In this document: one piece after another, positions 48,916-59,910 of the stretch
How the letters are laid out: each line of letters begins with the position of its first letter
Numbering within the stretch: the stretch's first letter is position 1
Source of the DNA: Lysobacterales bacterium
GTDB taxonomy: Bacteria > Pseudomonadota > Gammaproteobacteria > Xanthomonadales > SZUA-36
Length of the DNA: 64,000 bases
Direction of reading: 5' to 3'
Assembly: GCA_021648045.1 (NCBI GenBank)
Contig: JAKITM010000004.1
Coordinates: 632 to 64,631 of the forward strand
Made by a program: the position numbers and the translations under genes
The notes under the pieces: generated by a model
Databases searched by the model: none
The model's input: only the letters and a program-made list of their open reading frames with translations
What the model was told of the DNA's origin: nothing

Positions 48916-49440
48916 ATGGCAATACTTAACATTATTGAATTCCCGGATCCGCGTTTACGCACCGTAGCTAAAGCGGTTGAGGCGGTAAATGAGGGCATTC
49001 GCCAACTCGCCGCCGATATGCTGGAAACCATGTACGACGCGCCTGGCATCGGTCTTGCGGCTACCCAAATCAACATTCACAAGCAACTTTTGGTGCTCGA
49101 TGTCAGTGATGAGCGCGACCAACCAATGGTTTTTATAAATCCGGAAATTTTAATCAAAGACGGCATTCAAACTTATGAAGAAGGTTGCTTATCGGTGCCC
49201 GGATTTACCGCCGAAGTTCAACGCGCCGAAGAAATTCGAGTAAAAGCCCTCAACGAAAAGGGTGAATTTTTTGAAATTGAGGCACACGGACTGCTCGCTA
49301 TTTGCATCCAGCACGAAATGGATCACCTCAAGGGCAAATTGTTTGTTGATTATTTGTCACCACTTAAACGCCAGCGCTTGCAGAAAAAACTTGAAAAGCA
49401 ACGCAAGGCCGACAAACTGGAAGCGCAGAAACAGCTTTAA
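48916..49440 (+). CDS. def: Peptide deformylase
   Basis: 174 aa with motifs [16 protein letters not shown] and HEMDHL. Confidence 0.97.
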   Translation: MAILNIIEFPDPRLRTVAKAVEAVNEGIRQLAADMLETMYDAPGIGLAATQINIHKQLLVLDVSDERDQPMVFINPEILIKDGIQTYEEGCLSVPGFTAEVQRAEEIRVKALNEKGEFFEIEAHGLLAICIQHEMDHLKGKLFVDYLSPLKRQRLQKKLEKQRKADKLEAQKQL

Positions 49441-49444
49441 TCGA

Positions 49445-50413
49445 ATGCCAACAAATTCAAATAAACCTAAACCTCTGAGGATCGGCTTTGCCGGCACCCC
49501 GGATTTTGCCGCTGAAAGCCTTCAGGCGCTGCTACAGAGCAAATACCAGCTGGTTGCCGTCTACACTCAGCCTGACCGTCCTGCCGGGCGTGGGCGCTCG
49601 CTGAGCATGAGCCCGGTTAAACAACTGGCCGAGCAGCATCAGGTTCCGGTGTATCAACCGCAAAGCCTGCGAGATACCGACGCGATTGCTGAATTAAAAG
49701 CCCTGAAGCTGGATCTTCTGATCGTTGTTGCCTACGGACTGATACTCCCACAAGAGGTTCTGAATATTCCAAGCATGGGCTGTTGGAATGTGCATGCCTC
49801 TCTGTTGCCACGCTGGCGGGGTGCCGCGCCCATCCAGCGAGCCATCCAGGCAGGTGATCAACAAACCGGGGTGTGCATTATGCAAATGGATGCCGGTCTC
49901 GATACCGGCCCGGTACTGCATCGCATTAGTACTGCAATATCAGCAAACGAAACTGGTGGCAGCCTGCACGACCGACTGGCACAATTGGGCAGCCAGGCAC
50001 TGCTGGAAACCCTCAGCGCAGCAGATCGCGAAAAACTAGCACAAGCTGAGATACAGCCCGAACAAGGCATCAGTTACGCACACAAACTAAGCAAGGCGGA
50101 TGCCCAGGTCGACTGGCATCAACCGGCTGAAGTTATCGAGAGAAGCATTCGCGCTTTTGACCCCTGGCCGGTCGCCTGGGCCATGTTGGATGCAGAGCGA
50201 ATCCGAATCTTTAGTGCGCAAATAATAGCCACCACTAGCGATTCAACACCCGGGACTATCCTTGCCATCAGCGAAACCGGCATCCGTGTTGCCTGTGGTG
50301 TGGGTCAACTGGAAATAAGCTGCTTACAAAAAGCCGGGGGCAAAAAAATAAGTGCCGCTGACTATTACAATGCCAGCCGGCAAAGCGCCGGCAAACAACA
50401 GGTCAAATTATGA
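49445..50413 (+). CDS. fmt: Methionyl-tRNA formyltransferase
   Basis: The conserved N-terminus LRIGFAGTPDFA follows ATG 49445; the annotated ORF from 49262 overlaps def. The motif HASLLPRWRGAAPIQ is present. Confidence 0.95.
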   Translation: MPTNSNKPKPLRIGFAGTPDFAAESLQALLQSKYQLVAVYTQPDRPAGRGRSLSMSPVKQLAEQHQVPVYQPQSLRDTDAIAELKALKLDLLIVVAYGLILPQEVLNIPSMGCWNVHASLLPRWRGAAPIQRAIQAGDQQTGVCIMQMDAGLDTGPVLHRISTAISANETGGSLHDRLAQLGSQALLETLSAADREKLAQAEIQPEQGISYAHKLSKADAQVDWHQPAEVIERSIRAFDPWPVAWAMLDAERIRIFSAQIIATTSDSTPGTILAISETGIRVACGVGQLEISCLQKAGGKKISAADYYNASRQSAGKQQVKL

Positions 50414-51738
50414 AAACCGCCCGACTAACCTGCCTTCGGGTACTGCTAGCCACTTCTCCGGCGAAGGGAAAAAAGAGCATGTCACTGGACGCTGCACTCG
50501 CCAACTACCTACCAAAACTGGAAGAGTCCCGCGACCGGGCGCTAACCCAGCGGCTCGCCTACGCCACCTTGCGCTGGTTGGGGGCAACAGAATATTTCAG
50601 CGGAAAATTGTTGAAAAAACCATTAAAAAACAAAGACCGAGATATCTATCTATTGATCCAGCTCGGCCTGGTTCAGCTTTGGCGCGAAGAAATCCCGGCG
50701 CATGCAGCCGTGCATGAAACGGCCGCTGTCGCTCGTGGGCTGGGTAAACCCTGGGCGGTTTCACTGATTAATGGGGTCTTAAGAAACTTTCAACGCCAGC
50801 GCGAAATCTTGGAAGCAGGATTAGCACAATCCCCTGCACGCTGGTCGTCCCCGGACTGGTTAATCCAGCGTCTACAAGCAGCCTGGCCAAAACACTGGCA
50901 GGCTATTTTAAGCGCCAATAACCAACAGGCACCGATGTGGCTACGGGTTAATTTGATCAAACACAGTCGTGAAGATTACCTAAAACAATTGCAAGCAGAA
51001 GGCATTGCTGCGACTGCCGGTGGCTGGACCAAAGCCGCTATCCGCCTTGAACAAGCCTGCCCCGTAAATCGCTTACCCGGTTTTAGTGAGGGTGCAGTAT
51101 CAGTACAGGATTCAGCGGCTCAACTAGCGGCGGAAATTCTTAACCCACAAGCCGGTGACCGGGTACTTGATGCCTGTGCCGCACCCGGCAGTAAAACCTG
51201 CCACCTGTTGGAGCTTGAGCCAAAAATTTCTGAAGTCACCGCACTCGACAGCAGCGCTACAAGGCTGGAGCGGGTCAGCGAAAACCTGCAACGCCTCAAC
51301 CTAGATGCCAAAATACTCACTGGGGATGCCACCAAACCCGCAGACTGGTGGGACGGGCAAACTTATGACCGTATCCTGCTCGATGCCCCTTGCTCATCCC
51401 TCGGGGTTATTCGTCGACATCCGGATATCAACTGGCGTCGCCAGCCTGCTGACATCGACACAGTGCAACAGATTCAATTTGAAATTCTCAGCAGTTGCTG
51501 GAAACTACTGAAACCCGGCGGGAAATTGCTGTATGTCACCTGCTCTGTGTTACCAACGGAAAACCAGGCGGTGATTGAACGCTGGCTGGCTACGGTCGAC
51601 AATGCCCGCACACTACCGCTCAGTACCGACTGGGGTTTGAGCGCCGGTACCGGCCGCCAAATTATACCGGGCGAGGATGAGCACGGAAACGATGGCGACG
51701 GGTTTTTCTACTGTCTGCTGGAAAAGAACAATCAATGA
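50410..51738 (+). CDS. rsmB: 16S rRNA (cytosine967-C5)-methyltransferase
   Basis: 442 aa with an N-terminal NusB-like domain, the SAM motif DACAAPGSKT and the catalytic DAPCSSLGVIRRHPD and TCS. Confidence 0.93.
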   Translation: MKTARLTCLRVLLATSPAKGKKSMSLDAALANYLPKLEESRDRALTQRLAYATLRWLGATEYFSGKLLKKPLKNKDRDIYLLIQLGLVQLWREEIPAHAAVHETAAVARGLGKPWAVSLINGVLRNFQRQREILEAGLAQSPARWSSPDWLIQRLQAAWPKHWQAILSANNQQAPMWLRVNLIKHSREDYLKQLQAEGIAATAGGWTKAAIRLEQACPVNRLPGFSEGAVSVQDSAAQLAAEILNPQAGDRVLDACAAPGSKTCHLLELEPKISEVTALDSSATRLERVSENLQRLNLDAKILTGDATKPADWWDGQTYDRILLDAPCSSLGVIRRHPDINWRRQPADIDTVQQIQFEILSSCWKLLKPGGKLLYVTCSVLPTENQAVIERWLATVDNARTLPLSTDWGLSAGTGRQIIPGEDEHGNDGDGFFYCLLEKNNQ

Positions 51739-52298
51739 ATCTCTGCAACGCCAGATTGCTGTTGCTGCTGACAGTCACCCTGCTACTCGGTGCCTGCAAT
51801 AATGGCGAACAAAGCGATCCTTTTTTTAAGGTCAAGTCTGTTGAGGCTGATGTAAACACCCAACCCATAAAAGTTTATGCCGAGGTGGAACTGAAGTTTT
51901 CCCCGGCGGTTGAGGAGGCCTTGAACAAAGGCGTGAGCATTCCAATCAAAGCCATTGCCAGAATTACTAACGATGACCGCCTCGGCTGGACCATTATCGA
52001 CCATGGTCTACGCTGGGAAATTCACTATCTGCCCTTGTCCCGGCGTTATCAGCTAAAAGACCTACGCAGCAAACAGGCCACTACCTGGCCGCGGCTACGA
52101 CATGCGCTTGGAGCGCTGCGGCGGATCACTATTGAATTACCGCCAACTGAACTTGAGCCCGGAAATTACCGTGTTGAGCTTAAAATCTTCCTCGACCGCA
52201 GAAAATTGCCGGCCCCTATGCGTTTGCCTTCACTGGTATCATCAGACTGGCAACTGGAGACTAACTGGTATAAATGGCCGTTTCAGATCACAAAATAA
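51735..52298 (+). CDS. DUF4390-like lipoprotein
   Basis: 187 aa. The start overlaps the rsmB stop. The signal peptide ends LLLGAC. It sits between rsmB and a sensor kinase, as in many gammaproteobacteria. Confidence 0.6.
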   Translation: MNLCNARLLLLLTVTLLLGACNNGEQSDPFFKVKSVEADVNTQPIKVYAEVELKFSPAVEEALNKGVSIPIKAIARITNDDRLGWTIIDHGLRWEIHYLPLSRRYQLKDLRSKQATTWPRLRHALGALRRITIELPPTELEPGNYRVELKIFLDRRKLPAPMRLPSLVSSDWQLETNWYKWPFQITK

Positions 52299-54484
52299 GG
52301 CGCCTGCTGTTTAAAACTCTGCCGATTGCTGCCGGTTTAATCCTGCTGTTGGGAGCATTATTCCTGATCGCGGATGTTAAAGAAGGCTCTGACCGCTTCG
52401 CCCGACACTATGTCTGGGTGCTGGTGCTCACCATTGCTGCACTGGTAGTCATGTTGGTATCTATCGGCGCACGCCTAATTAAACTCTATCGCCAGGTGCG
52501 CCAAGAAAAACCAGGCGCCCGACTGACCGCCACCATGGTGCGCAGTTTTTTGGTGCTGACCATCCCTCCAGCACTGATCGTGTTCTTATTTTCCATTCAG
52601 TTTTTGAATGAAACCATCAATGGCTGGTTTGATGTCAAAGTGGAATCTGCACTGTCGGATTCTATTGAACTCGGGCAAAAATTTCTGGATATGCAAACCT
52701 TGCAGGCGCGTAATCGGGTGCATGAAATTGCTAGGGAAATTGATATGACTCCGGGCAGCCAGCTGGCAACCCAGTTACTGCGCCGGGTGAGTGCCTCTGG
52801 CCCGGTGGAATTATCGGTGATGGACTACCGTGGGCGGATTTTCCGTACAGCCAATATCGACCCCAACGAACTCGTACCCAGTCGGCCAAATGACTTCGCA
52901 CTGCTGCAAGCCACCGAGCGCGGAACCTATGCGGCCGCTGAACCCACCAGCGGTGGTAATTTACAGGTGCGCGTGCTCAGCCAGCTACCCTATCCGCGAG
53001 AGGGGACTAATTATCTGATCCAAGCGCTTTATCCGCTGCCGCAAAATTTTACCGAGCTGGCGGGTAATATCCAATCAGAATATGAGCGTTTTCAAAGGGT
53101 TGACTACCTACGCGATTCGCTTAAACGCAGCTTTACCCTGATTTTATCGCTGGTAATGATGATCAGTATTCTGCTGACCATTCTGGCAGCATTGAATGTG
53201 GCCAGACGCATGGTGCGGCCTATTTCCGAGCTGGCCGCCGCCACCGAATCCGTCGCCGGGGGCGACCTTGAACGCGTGATTGTGAGCAAACAACAAGATG
53301 AGCTCGGCTTTCTGGTGCATTCATTCAACCTGATGACCACCGAACTGAAACAAGCCAGTCGGCAAAACAAACAGGCACATGATCTCCTGCAGCGCCAGCG
53401 GGAATACCTGCGCACTGTTCTCAGCCGACTGTCTGCCGGGGTGATGTCTATTGATGGTGACGGTCGCCTGATTACCAGCAATGAAAGCAGCGGCAACATA
53501 CTGGCTATCCCCTTACAACAGCTTGAGAGTAATACCCTAGCTGATATTACCAACCGCTACCCGCTGATAAAACCACTCGCCGAGCGGATTCAAAAGGCCA
53601 TCGAATTGGGCGAAAATACCTGGCGCGAAGAACTCAAATTAACCCGAGATGGCAGCCCGTTGGTATTGATGTGCCGTGGCTCTTTATTGCCGGAGCACGA
53701 TAACGCAGTCGCGGGCCTGGTGGTGGTATTTGATGATGTAACAGTACTCGATCAGGCCCAACGAGAAGCCGCATGGGCAGAGGCCGCCAGAAGGATGGCG
53801 CACGAGGTAAAAAACCCGCTGACTCCAATCCGCCTGTCCGCCGAACGCCTACAATATAAGCTGGCGAGCAAGCTGGATGAAAAAGATCGGGCGATGCTTC
53901 AGCGCGCCACTGATACCATTGTCAACCAGGTGGATGCGCTCAAGGATCTGGTCGATGATTTTGGCGATTACGCTCAAGATACAGCCACCAATGTTGGCCT
54001 CAGCCAGGGGTTGGCAAAGCTCAATCTCGATGCCTTGATTCGGGAAGTTGCCGGCATGTATGCTGATCCGCAGCGGCCGGATCTCATCCGCTTTCAGCTG
54101 GCAGCTGGTGCCCAACCCATGACCGGAAATAGCGGCCAGCTGCGACAATTACTGCATAATTTAATCCGCAATGCCACTGAGGCTGTCAACGGCAAGGCTG
54201 ATGCCAGAATTGAAATCCGCAGTAGCATCATCAGCAAGCCCCGCGAGTCCAACAAAGACTCTCTGACAAATTTAGTTCTTGAAATTCTCGATAACGGCAA
54301 TGGCATCGACAAAGCCATCAGCGAGCGGCTTTTTCAACCCGGCACCACCAGCAAGCCCGGCGGCAGCGGTCTGGGTCTGGTTATATCGCATAAAATTGTC
54401 AGCGCCCATAAAGGCAGTATTCAGCTGCGTAATCGCGCGCATGGCGGGGCTGTGGTTGAAGTCCATTTTCCGCTGCAAGCCTGA
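52274..54484 (+). CDS. NtrY-like sensor histidine kinase (TM-HAMP-PAS-HisKA-HATPase)
   Basis: 736 aa with N-terminal TM helices, a HAMP-like segment (RRMVRPISELAAATESVAGGDL), the H-box HEVKNPLTPI, the N-box HNLIRNATEA and the G-boxes DNGNGI / GGSGLGL. Confidence 0.88.
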   Translation: MAVSDHKIRRLLFKTLPIAAGLILLLGALFLIADVKEGSDRFARHYVWVLVLTIAALVVMLVSIGARLIKLYRQVRQEKPGARLTATMVRSFLVLTIPPALIVFLFSIQFLNETINGWFDVKVESALSDSIELGQKFLDMQTLQARNRVHEIAREIDMTPGSQLATQLLRRVSASGPVELSVMDYRGRIFRTANIDPNELVPSRPNDFALLQATERGTYAAAEPTSGGNLQVRVLSQLPYPREGTNYLIQALYPLPQNFTELAGNIQSEYERFQRVDYLRDSLKRSFTLILSLVMMISILLTILAALNVARRMVRPISELAAATESVAGGDLERVIVSKQQDELGFLVHSFNLMTTELKQASRQNKQAHDLLQRQREYLRTVLSRLSAGVMSIDGDGRLITSNESSGNILAIPLQQLESNTLADITNRYPLIKPLAERIQKAIELGENTWREELKLTRDGSPLVLMCRGSLLPEHDNAVAGLVVVFDDVTVLDQAQREAAWAEAARRMAHEVKNPLTPIRLSAERLQYKLASKLDEKDRAMLQRATDTIVNQVDALKDLVDDFGDYAQDTATNVGLSQGLAKLNLDALIREVAGMYADPQRPDLIRFQLAAGAQPMTGNSGQLRQLLHNLIRNATEAVNGKADARIEIRSSIISKPRESNKDSLTNLVLEILDNGNGIDKAISERLFQPGTTSKPGGSGLGLVISHKIVSAHKGSIQLRNRAHGGAVVEVHFPLQA

Positions 54485-54562
54485 GGTAAATTTAGAAGCA
54501 TTAATACTTATTATTACCCGTACTTTTCGGTAAACTAGGCTACCACTCTGATTGCTTGAAAC

Positions 54563-56152
54563 TTAACCAAGCAGCGCTCTACCGGGTATCGATTGCAACA
54601 GCTGGCGGGTATATTCCTGTTGCGGATTTTCGAACAACTCCTTACCGCTGCCCTGTTCCACAATTTCACCTTTGTACAACACTACAATGCGGTCGGCAAT
54701 GTGTTTTACCACCGCCAGATCGTGGGATACAAACAGCATGGTTAGGCCATATTCTTTGCCTAAATCCAGCATTAAATCCAGTATTTGTGCCTGAATAGTT
54801 ACATCAAGTGCCGACACCGGCTCATCGGCAACAATGAATTCAGGCCGGGTTGCCAGCGCCCTGCCAATGGCGATACGCTGGCGCTGACCACCGGAAAACT
54901 CATGCGGATATTTGCGCACAAAGCCACGCGCCAAACCGACATCATCCATCAGTTTTAGAACCCCTTGCTCGACGGTTTTCTTGGTCTCAATTTTGTGCAG
55001 TAGCAAAGGCTCGGCGAGGGTGTCATAAACCGACATGCGCGGGTTCAACGAGGCATACGGATCCTGAAAAATCATTTGCATGCGACTGCGCATTTTCTTC
55101 AAGCTCTGGCCTTCCATTTCAGTGAGGTCAATACCATCAAAACTAATGCTTCCAGAAGTAATGGGTACCAACCTTAAAATGGACCGACCCAGAGTCGATT
55201 TACCGCTGCCGGACTCGCCCACCAGGCCCAATATTTCACCTTTACGAATATCCAAGCTGACATCTTTGATGGCTTTTACTGGTTCTTTATTCTTACCCTG
55301 GCCAAACCAGGTATTTAAATTTCGGATAGAAATGAGGGCTTCGGACTGGGTCTCAGAAACCACCTTAGTGCCCGCCGGAATAGCTGCCAATAAAGCTCGG
55401 GTGTAGGGATGTTGCGCATTTTTGAAAATTCTTTGGCGATCACCGTGCTCTACCACTTTACCTTTTTTCATCACAATAATCTGATCTGCAATATCCGCCA
55501 CTACGGCAAGATCGTGGCTGATAAAAATTATTCCAATGCTGTGCTTTTTTTGCAGATCGGCCATCAGCTTCAAAATTTGTGCCTGAATGGTTACATCTAA
55601 TGCGGTAGTGGGTTCATCGGCAATCAATAATTTAGGTTCATTGATAAGCGCCATTGCAATCATCACCCGCTGCCGCATACCACCAGAAAACTCGTGAGGG
55701 TAACTGTCGATGGTTGAATGCGGATCGCGTATACCGACTTCTTCCAACAACTCGATGGCGTGCTGACGGGCCTCTGTTTTTGCCATTCCTTTATGATAAA
55801 CAATAGGTTCCATCAGCTGATGGCCAATGGTCATATAAGGATTAAGGCAGGTCATCGGATCCTGGAATATCATCGCGATATCCCGGCCACGAATATGGCG
55901 TAATTCCGATTCCGACAACTGTAATAAATCATTGCCTTCAAACACCGCGCTACCACCCTCAATTTTACCCGGTGGCATGGGTATCAAGCCCAACAGACTG
56001 TAGCAGGCAACCGACTTTCCAGAGCCCGACTCACCGATGATGGCAGTGATTTTTCCGGTTTCTACAGTAAAACTGATATCGTCTACTGCTTTTACCTCAC
56101 CGTTACGCGTGTGGAAGCTGACTTTAAGATTTTGAACATTCAATAATGACAT
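54563..56152 (-). CDS. Fused double ATP-binding protein of a peptide/nickel-type ABC transporter
   Basis: 529 aa with two complete ABC cassettes (GESGSGKSV / FSGGMRQR / LIADEP and GESGSGKST / FSGGQRQR / IVADEP). Confidence 0.92.
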   Translation of the reverse strand: MSLLNVQNLKVSFHTRNGEVKAVDDISFTVETGKITAIIGESGSGKSVACYSLLGLIPMPPGKIEGGSAVFEGNDLLQLSESELRHIRGRDIAMIFQDPMTCLNPYMTIGHQLMEPIVYHKGMAKTEARQHAIELLEEVGIRDPHSTIDSYPHEFSGGMRQRVMIAMALINEPKLLIADEPTTALDVTIQAQILKLMADLQKKHSIGIIFISHDLAVVADIADQIIVMKKGKVVEHGDRQRIFKNAQHPYTRALLAAIPAGTKVVSETQSEALISIRNLNTWFGQGKNKEPVKAIKDVSLDIRKGEILGLVGESGSGKSTLGRSILRLVPITSGSISFDGIDLTEMEGQSLKKMRSRMQMIFQDPYASLNPRMSVYDTLAEPLLLHKIETKKTVEQGVLKLMDDVGLARGFVRKYPHEFSGGQRQRIAIGRALATRPEFIVADEPVSALDVTIQAQILDLMLDLGKEYGLTMLFVSHDLAVVKHIADRIVVLYKGEIVEQGSGKELFENPQQEYTRQLLQSIPGRALLG

Positions 56153-56170
56153 AATAAATTATTCCTTGGC

Positions 56171-57094
56171 CTAGTCTTTAGAGCTACGCACATCGAGCGC
56201 ATCGCGCAGGCCATCACCTAAAAAGTTCAGGGAAAACAAGGTTAAGGCGAGTGCCAACCCAGGGAAAATTAGCAACCAGGGGAACTCTTCCATGGTTTCC
56301 GCACCATAGGAAATTAACAGGCCCCAAGAGGTTTGCGGTGGTTGAATTCCCAAACCCAAAAAGCTTAAAAAGGCTTCCAGCAACATCACCCCGGGAATGG
56401 TCAGCGTGGTGTAAACAATAATTGGACCCAAGGCATTGGGCACCAAGTGCTTACGAATAATAGCCACCGGCCCAAGGCCCAGAGAAACGGCTGCTTCGAC
56501 AAATTCTTGCTGTCTGAGGGCTTGCACCTGACTGCGCATAATACGCGCCATAGTCAGCCACTCGACCATGCCAATAGCCAAAAACAGCAACAACAAATTG
56601 CGCCCAAACACCACCATTAGCAATATGATAAAAATCATAAATGGTAAGGCATAAAGTATGTCTACTAGGCGCATCATGGCGGCATCAGTTCTACCGCCAA
56701 CATAGCCCGCAAGCGCACCGTAGGTAACCCCGATAAGCAAGGCAACGGCGGTTGCCACAAAGCCCACCGCAAGTGAAATTCGCCCGCCATACATAATCAG
56801 AGTCATTAGGTCCCGACCAAAAATATCGGTGCCCAACCAATGCTGGGCCGAGGGTGGGGTAGCGCCTAAATCGAGGTTCTGTTGTTCGTAACCATAGGGC
56901 GCAATCCAAGGGGTCAGCAGGGCAATGAGACTAAACAGCACTAACACTGCCAGGCCGAACAGCGCCATCCTATTTTTCTTCAGCCGGGCCCAGGCATCCT
57001 TCCACAAGGAAGTGCCTTGTTCAGCCATGGCAATGTCACTGATTTTGTTATTTGGGACAGGGTTGTCGTTGCCGGTATTTTCAATCGATGTCAT
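56171..57094 (-). CDS. ABC transporter permease (OppC/DppC-like)
   Basis: 307 aa, clearly paralogous to the 19251-20174 permease (same motif order, for example GRISL.VG...YG..AGY.GGR.D). Confidence 0.9.
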   Translation of the reverse strand: MTSIENTGNDNPVPNNKISDIAMAEQGTSLWKDAWARLKKNRMALFGLAVLVLFSLIALLTPWIAPYGYEQQNLDLGATPPSAQHWLGTDIFGRDLMTLIMYGGRISLAVGFVATAVALLIGVTYGALAGYVGGRTDAAMMRLVDILYALPFMIFIILLMVVFGRNLLLLFLAIGMVEWLTMARIMRSQVQALRQQEFVEAAVSLGLGPVAIIRKHLVPNALGPIIVYTTLTIPGVMLLEAFLSFLGLGIQPPQTSWGLLISYGAETMEEFPWLLIFPGLALALTLFSLNFLGDGLRDALDVRSSKD

Positions 57095-58026
57095 TTCGAC
57101 TCTCCCAGCTGGGCTCGTAGCCTAGGGTTCATCCAGGCAGCGAGAATATCTGCGAGCAGGTTGAACAGAATGATCAGCGTTGAAAGAAATACCGTGGTGC
57201 CCAAAATCATGGTGTAGTCACGGTTAAACGCGGCCTGAACATAAAAGCGCCCCAGACCTGGAATTTGGAAAATAGTTTCCACCACAAACGAACCCGCCAA
57301 CAAACCAGCAAATGCGGGGCCTAAAAATGCCACCACGGGAATCATGCCGCCGCGCAAGGCGTGTTTTACCACAATTTGCCATTCCGGCAAGCCTTTAGCG
57401 CGAGCGGTGCGAATATAGTCCTGGGACATTACTTCCAACATGCCAGCCCTTCCCAGGCGGGCAATATAGGCGGCATAGGCTGCTCCCAGCGTTAAGCTGG
57501 GAAGGATTTTATCCCCCGGAATATCACCCCAGCCGGCCACCGGCAACCACTCCAGATAAATCCCAAACACCAACACCAACAGCGGCCCGAGTAAAAACGT
57601 AGGCATGCAAATACCGACCATAGCAAATGACATGGGGATATAATCTTGCGCCGTATTGGGTTTTAACGCCGCCATTATGCCTGCCAATCCCCCCAGAATT
57701 AGCGCAACCAATAAGGCGTAAGCACCGAGCTCAGCTGTCACTGGTAAGCCCGCCGATATCAATTCGTTAACATCGCGCCCAGGGTATTTAAAGGACGGCC
57801 CAAAATCACCTTTAGCAAGATCACCTAAATAGGCAAAATATTGCTGTGACATCGGCAGATCTAGTCGATACTGCGCTTCCAGTGCTGCCTTTACCTCCGG
57901 CATTACTGCCTTATCGCTATCAAAGGGGCCACCGGGTGCGGCGCGCACCAGGAAAAAAGTGACTGTTATCACCACCAAAATCACCGGGATGGCCTGTAAT
58001 AACCTTAGTAAGATAAATCGCAACAT
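57091..58026 (-). CDS. ABC transporter permease (OppB/DppB-like)
   Basis: 311 aa. The N-terminus reads LLRLLQAIPVILVVITVTFFLVRAAPGGPF. Confidence 0.9.
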   Translation of the reverse strand: MLRFILLRLLQAIPVILVVITVTFFLVRAAPGGPFDSDKAVMPEVKAALEAQYRLDLPMSQQYFAYLGDLAKGDFGPSFKYPGRDVNELISAGLPVTAELGAYALLVALILGGLAGIMAALKPNTAQDYIPMSFAMVGICMPTFLLGPLLVLVFGIYLEWLPVAGWGDIPGDKILPSLTLGAAYAAYIARLGRAGMLEVMSQDYIRTARAKGLPEWQIVVKHALRGGMIPVVAFLGPAFAGLLAGSFVVETIFQIPGLGRFYVQAAFNRDYTMILGTTVFLSTLIILFNLLADILAAWMNPRLRAQLGESK

Positions 58027-58029
58027 AAT

Positions 58030-59673
58030 CTACTCACCTTCCTTAGTTGTATTTTCAGCTTGCAGCCACACATATTTGAAGTTGAACGAGTCCATTAAAT
58101 TGGATGGCAAGCCTTTTACTGCAGGATCCACCAAGCGTTTGGTAGAGTAGGTATAGATGGGAATAATGGGCATTTCTTCCATCAACATGGTCTCGGCTTC
58201 ATAAAAGAGTGCAAAGCGTTCTTGCTTGGATTTCGCCTGCGGTGCTTTAGTTAAAATGAGTTCGTCGTAAAGAGGGTCGGCATAACCAGTTTTATTATTA
58301 CCGCCGCCCGTCAGGAACATGTCGAGGAAATTATTCGGGTCCACATAATCACCAATCCAACCCCGACGAGCAACCTGGTACTCCATCTGGGTAAGCGCGT
58401 CGAGATACACTTTCCATTCCTGGTTTGCGAGGGTAACATCAATATTAAGCGCATCTTTCCACATCTGTTGTATCGCCACGGCTATTTTGCGATGGCTCTC
58501 GCTGGTGTTATACATCAACTCCAGACCGGGCCAGCCTTCACCGTTGGGGTAACCGGCTTCTGCCAGTAGAGCTTTGGCTTTTTCAACATCGTAGTCAAAC
58601 AATTTAGGTGGCTGGTAGCCCAGCGTTCCCGGCGGGGTAATGGCATAGGCTGGAAATACCAATCCTTGCATAACGGTGCGGGTGAGTTTTTCCCGGTCAA
58701 CCGCCATCGATAAGGCCTTGCGAACCCGCACATCATCCATAGGCGCGCGCTGAGTATTAAGCATGTAGTAGTAGGTGCCCAAGTAAGGCGCCTGCATAAA
58801 GGGGGTGTTTTCCATCGCTTGATAAACGGGAATTTTTTCCAACGGTGTATCGTTGGTTAAATGTAACTGCCCCGCCCGAAACATGCGCTCTTCGCTGACA
58901 ATATTCTCAGTGGGGTAGAACACGAGACCATTCAGCTTGACCTTATCGGCATCCCAGTAGGTTTCGCTCTTTTTCACCGAGATACGACGATTCAGCAACC
59001 ACTCGCTAAGATTAAACGGGCCATTGCTGACGATGTTTTTGGCTCGGGTCCACTTGGTAAAGCGGTCGGTAGCCTTACCGAATTTTTCAATAGTAGGACG
59101 ATGTACCGCATAAGTGCTGTAGTGATCCATCAATTGCAAAAAATAAGGTGTGGGTTCGTTCAAGGTTACCTGCAAGGTAAGGTCGTCCAGTGCCTTTACA
59201 CCTAAATCGTTCGGGTCTTCCAATTTACCGGTGGTATAGGCCTCTGCGTTTACCACTGGAAACAGCATATAGGCATATAAATTACCCATCGCAGGATTCA
59301 TTGCCCGCTGCCAGGACCAGACATAATCATGTGCAGTTACAGGATCGCCGTTAGACCAACGGGCTGCAGGATTGATATAAAAAGTGAGCACGAGACCGTC
59401 TTCGCTAGTCTCCCAACGCTGAGCCACCCCGGGCTCTAACTCCAGAGTGTAGGGGTTTTTTACTACCAAACCTTCAAATAAGGCGCGCAATATACGACTT
59501 TCAGGAACGCCGGTAACCACATGGGGATCCAGCCCCTGAGGCTCGGTGCCGTTACCTAGGTGCAAAATGCCATCGCGGTTGCCTGTGGTGACTTTAGATT
59601 CCCCACCAATACAGGCCATAAGCAGGCAAGAAAATAGAATGATAATGAAAAGCTTCAGGGTATTGAAAGGCAT
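58030..59673 (-). CDS. Family-5 (peptide/nickel) ABC substrate-binding lipoprotein
   Basis: 547 aa with the lipobox LLMAC. It has OppA/DppA-type sequence and is the first gene of the operon. Confidence 0.88.
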   Translation of the reverse strand: MPFNTLKLFIIILFSCLLMACIGGESKVTTGNRDGILHLGNGTEPQGLDPHVVTGVPESRILRALFEGLVVKNPYTLELEPGVAQRWETSEDGLVLTFYINPAARWSNGDPVTAHDYVWSWQRAMNPAMGNLYAYMLFPVVNAEAYTTGKLEDPNDLGVKALDDLTLQVTLNEPTPYFLQLMDHYSTYAVHRPTIEKFGKATDRFTKWTRAKNIVSNGPFNLSEWLLNRRISVKKSETYWDADKVKLNGLVFYPTENIVSEERMFRAGQLHLTNDTPLEKIPVYQAMENTPFMQAPYLGTYYYMLNTQRAPMDDVRVRKALSMAVDREKLTRTVMQGLVFPAYAITPPGTLGYQPPKLFDYDVEKAKALLAEAGYPNGEGWPGLELMYNTSESHRKIAVAIQQMWKDALNIDVTLANQEWKVYLDALTQMEYQVARRGWIGDYVDPNNFLDMFLTGGGNNKTGYADPLYDELILTKAPQAKSKQERFALFYEAETMLMEEMPIIPIYTYSTKRLVDPAVKGLPSNLMDSFNFKYVWLQAENTTKEGE

Positions 59674-59910
59674 ATAAAAAAGGCTATTGAATTCGGGAGC
59701 CTAACTTTATCCTATTGGAAGTAATTTATCAGGCTTATCTGTTACCTTATCTTTACAAAGCTATCTCATCTAGTCCACAATCAGCAAATTTACCGCTATT
59801 GACACCGCCATTCCACTGAGAGACTGACAGTGGTCGGCAATTTTGGTATTCTGTTGCATGAAAACAACAACAATCATTCAAAATAATGTAATGCAAGGTA
59901 ATGCAAGCAA

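Noticed and set aside
59845-59857. Sigma-54-like TGGTAT...TTGCAT element upstream of the response regulator gene
   Set aside because: The GG and GC dinucleotides are 9 nt apart rather than the required 10, and the -24 box is TGGTAT rather than TGGCAC. This is not good enough to call.
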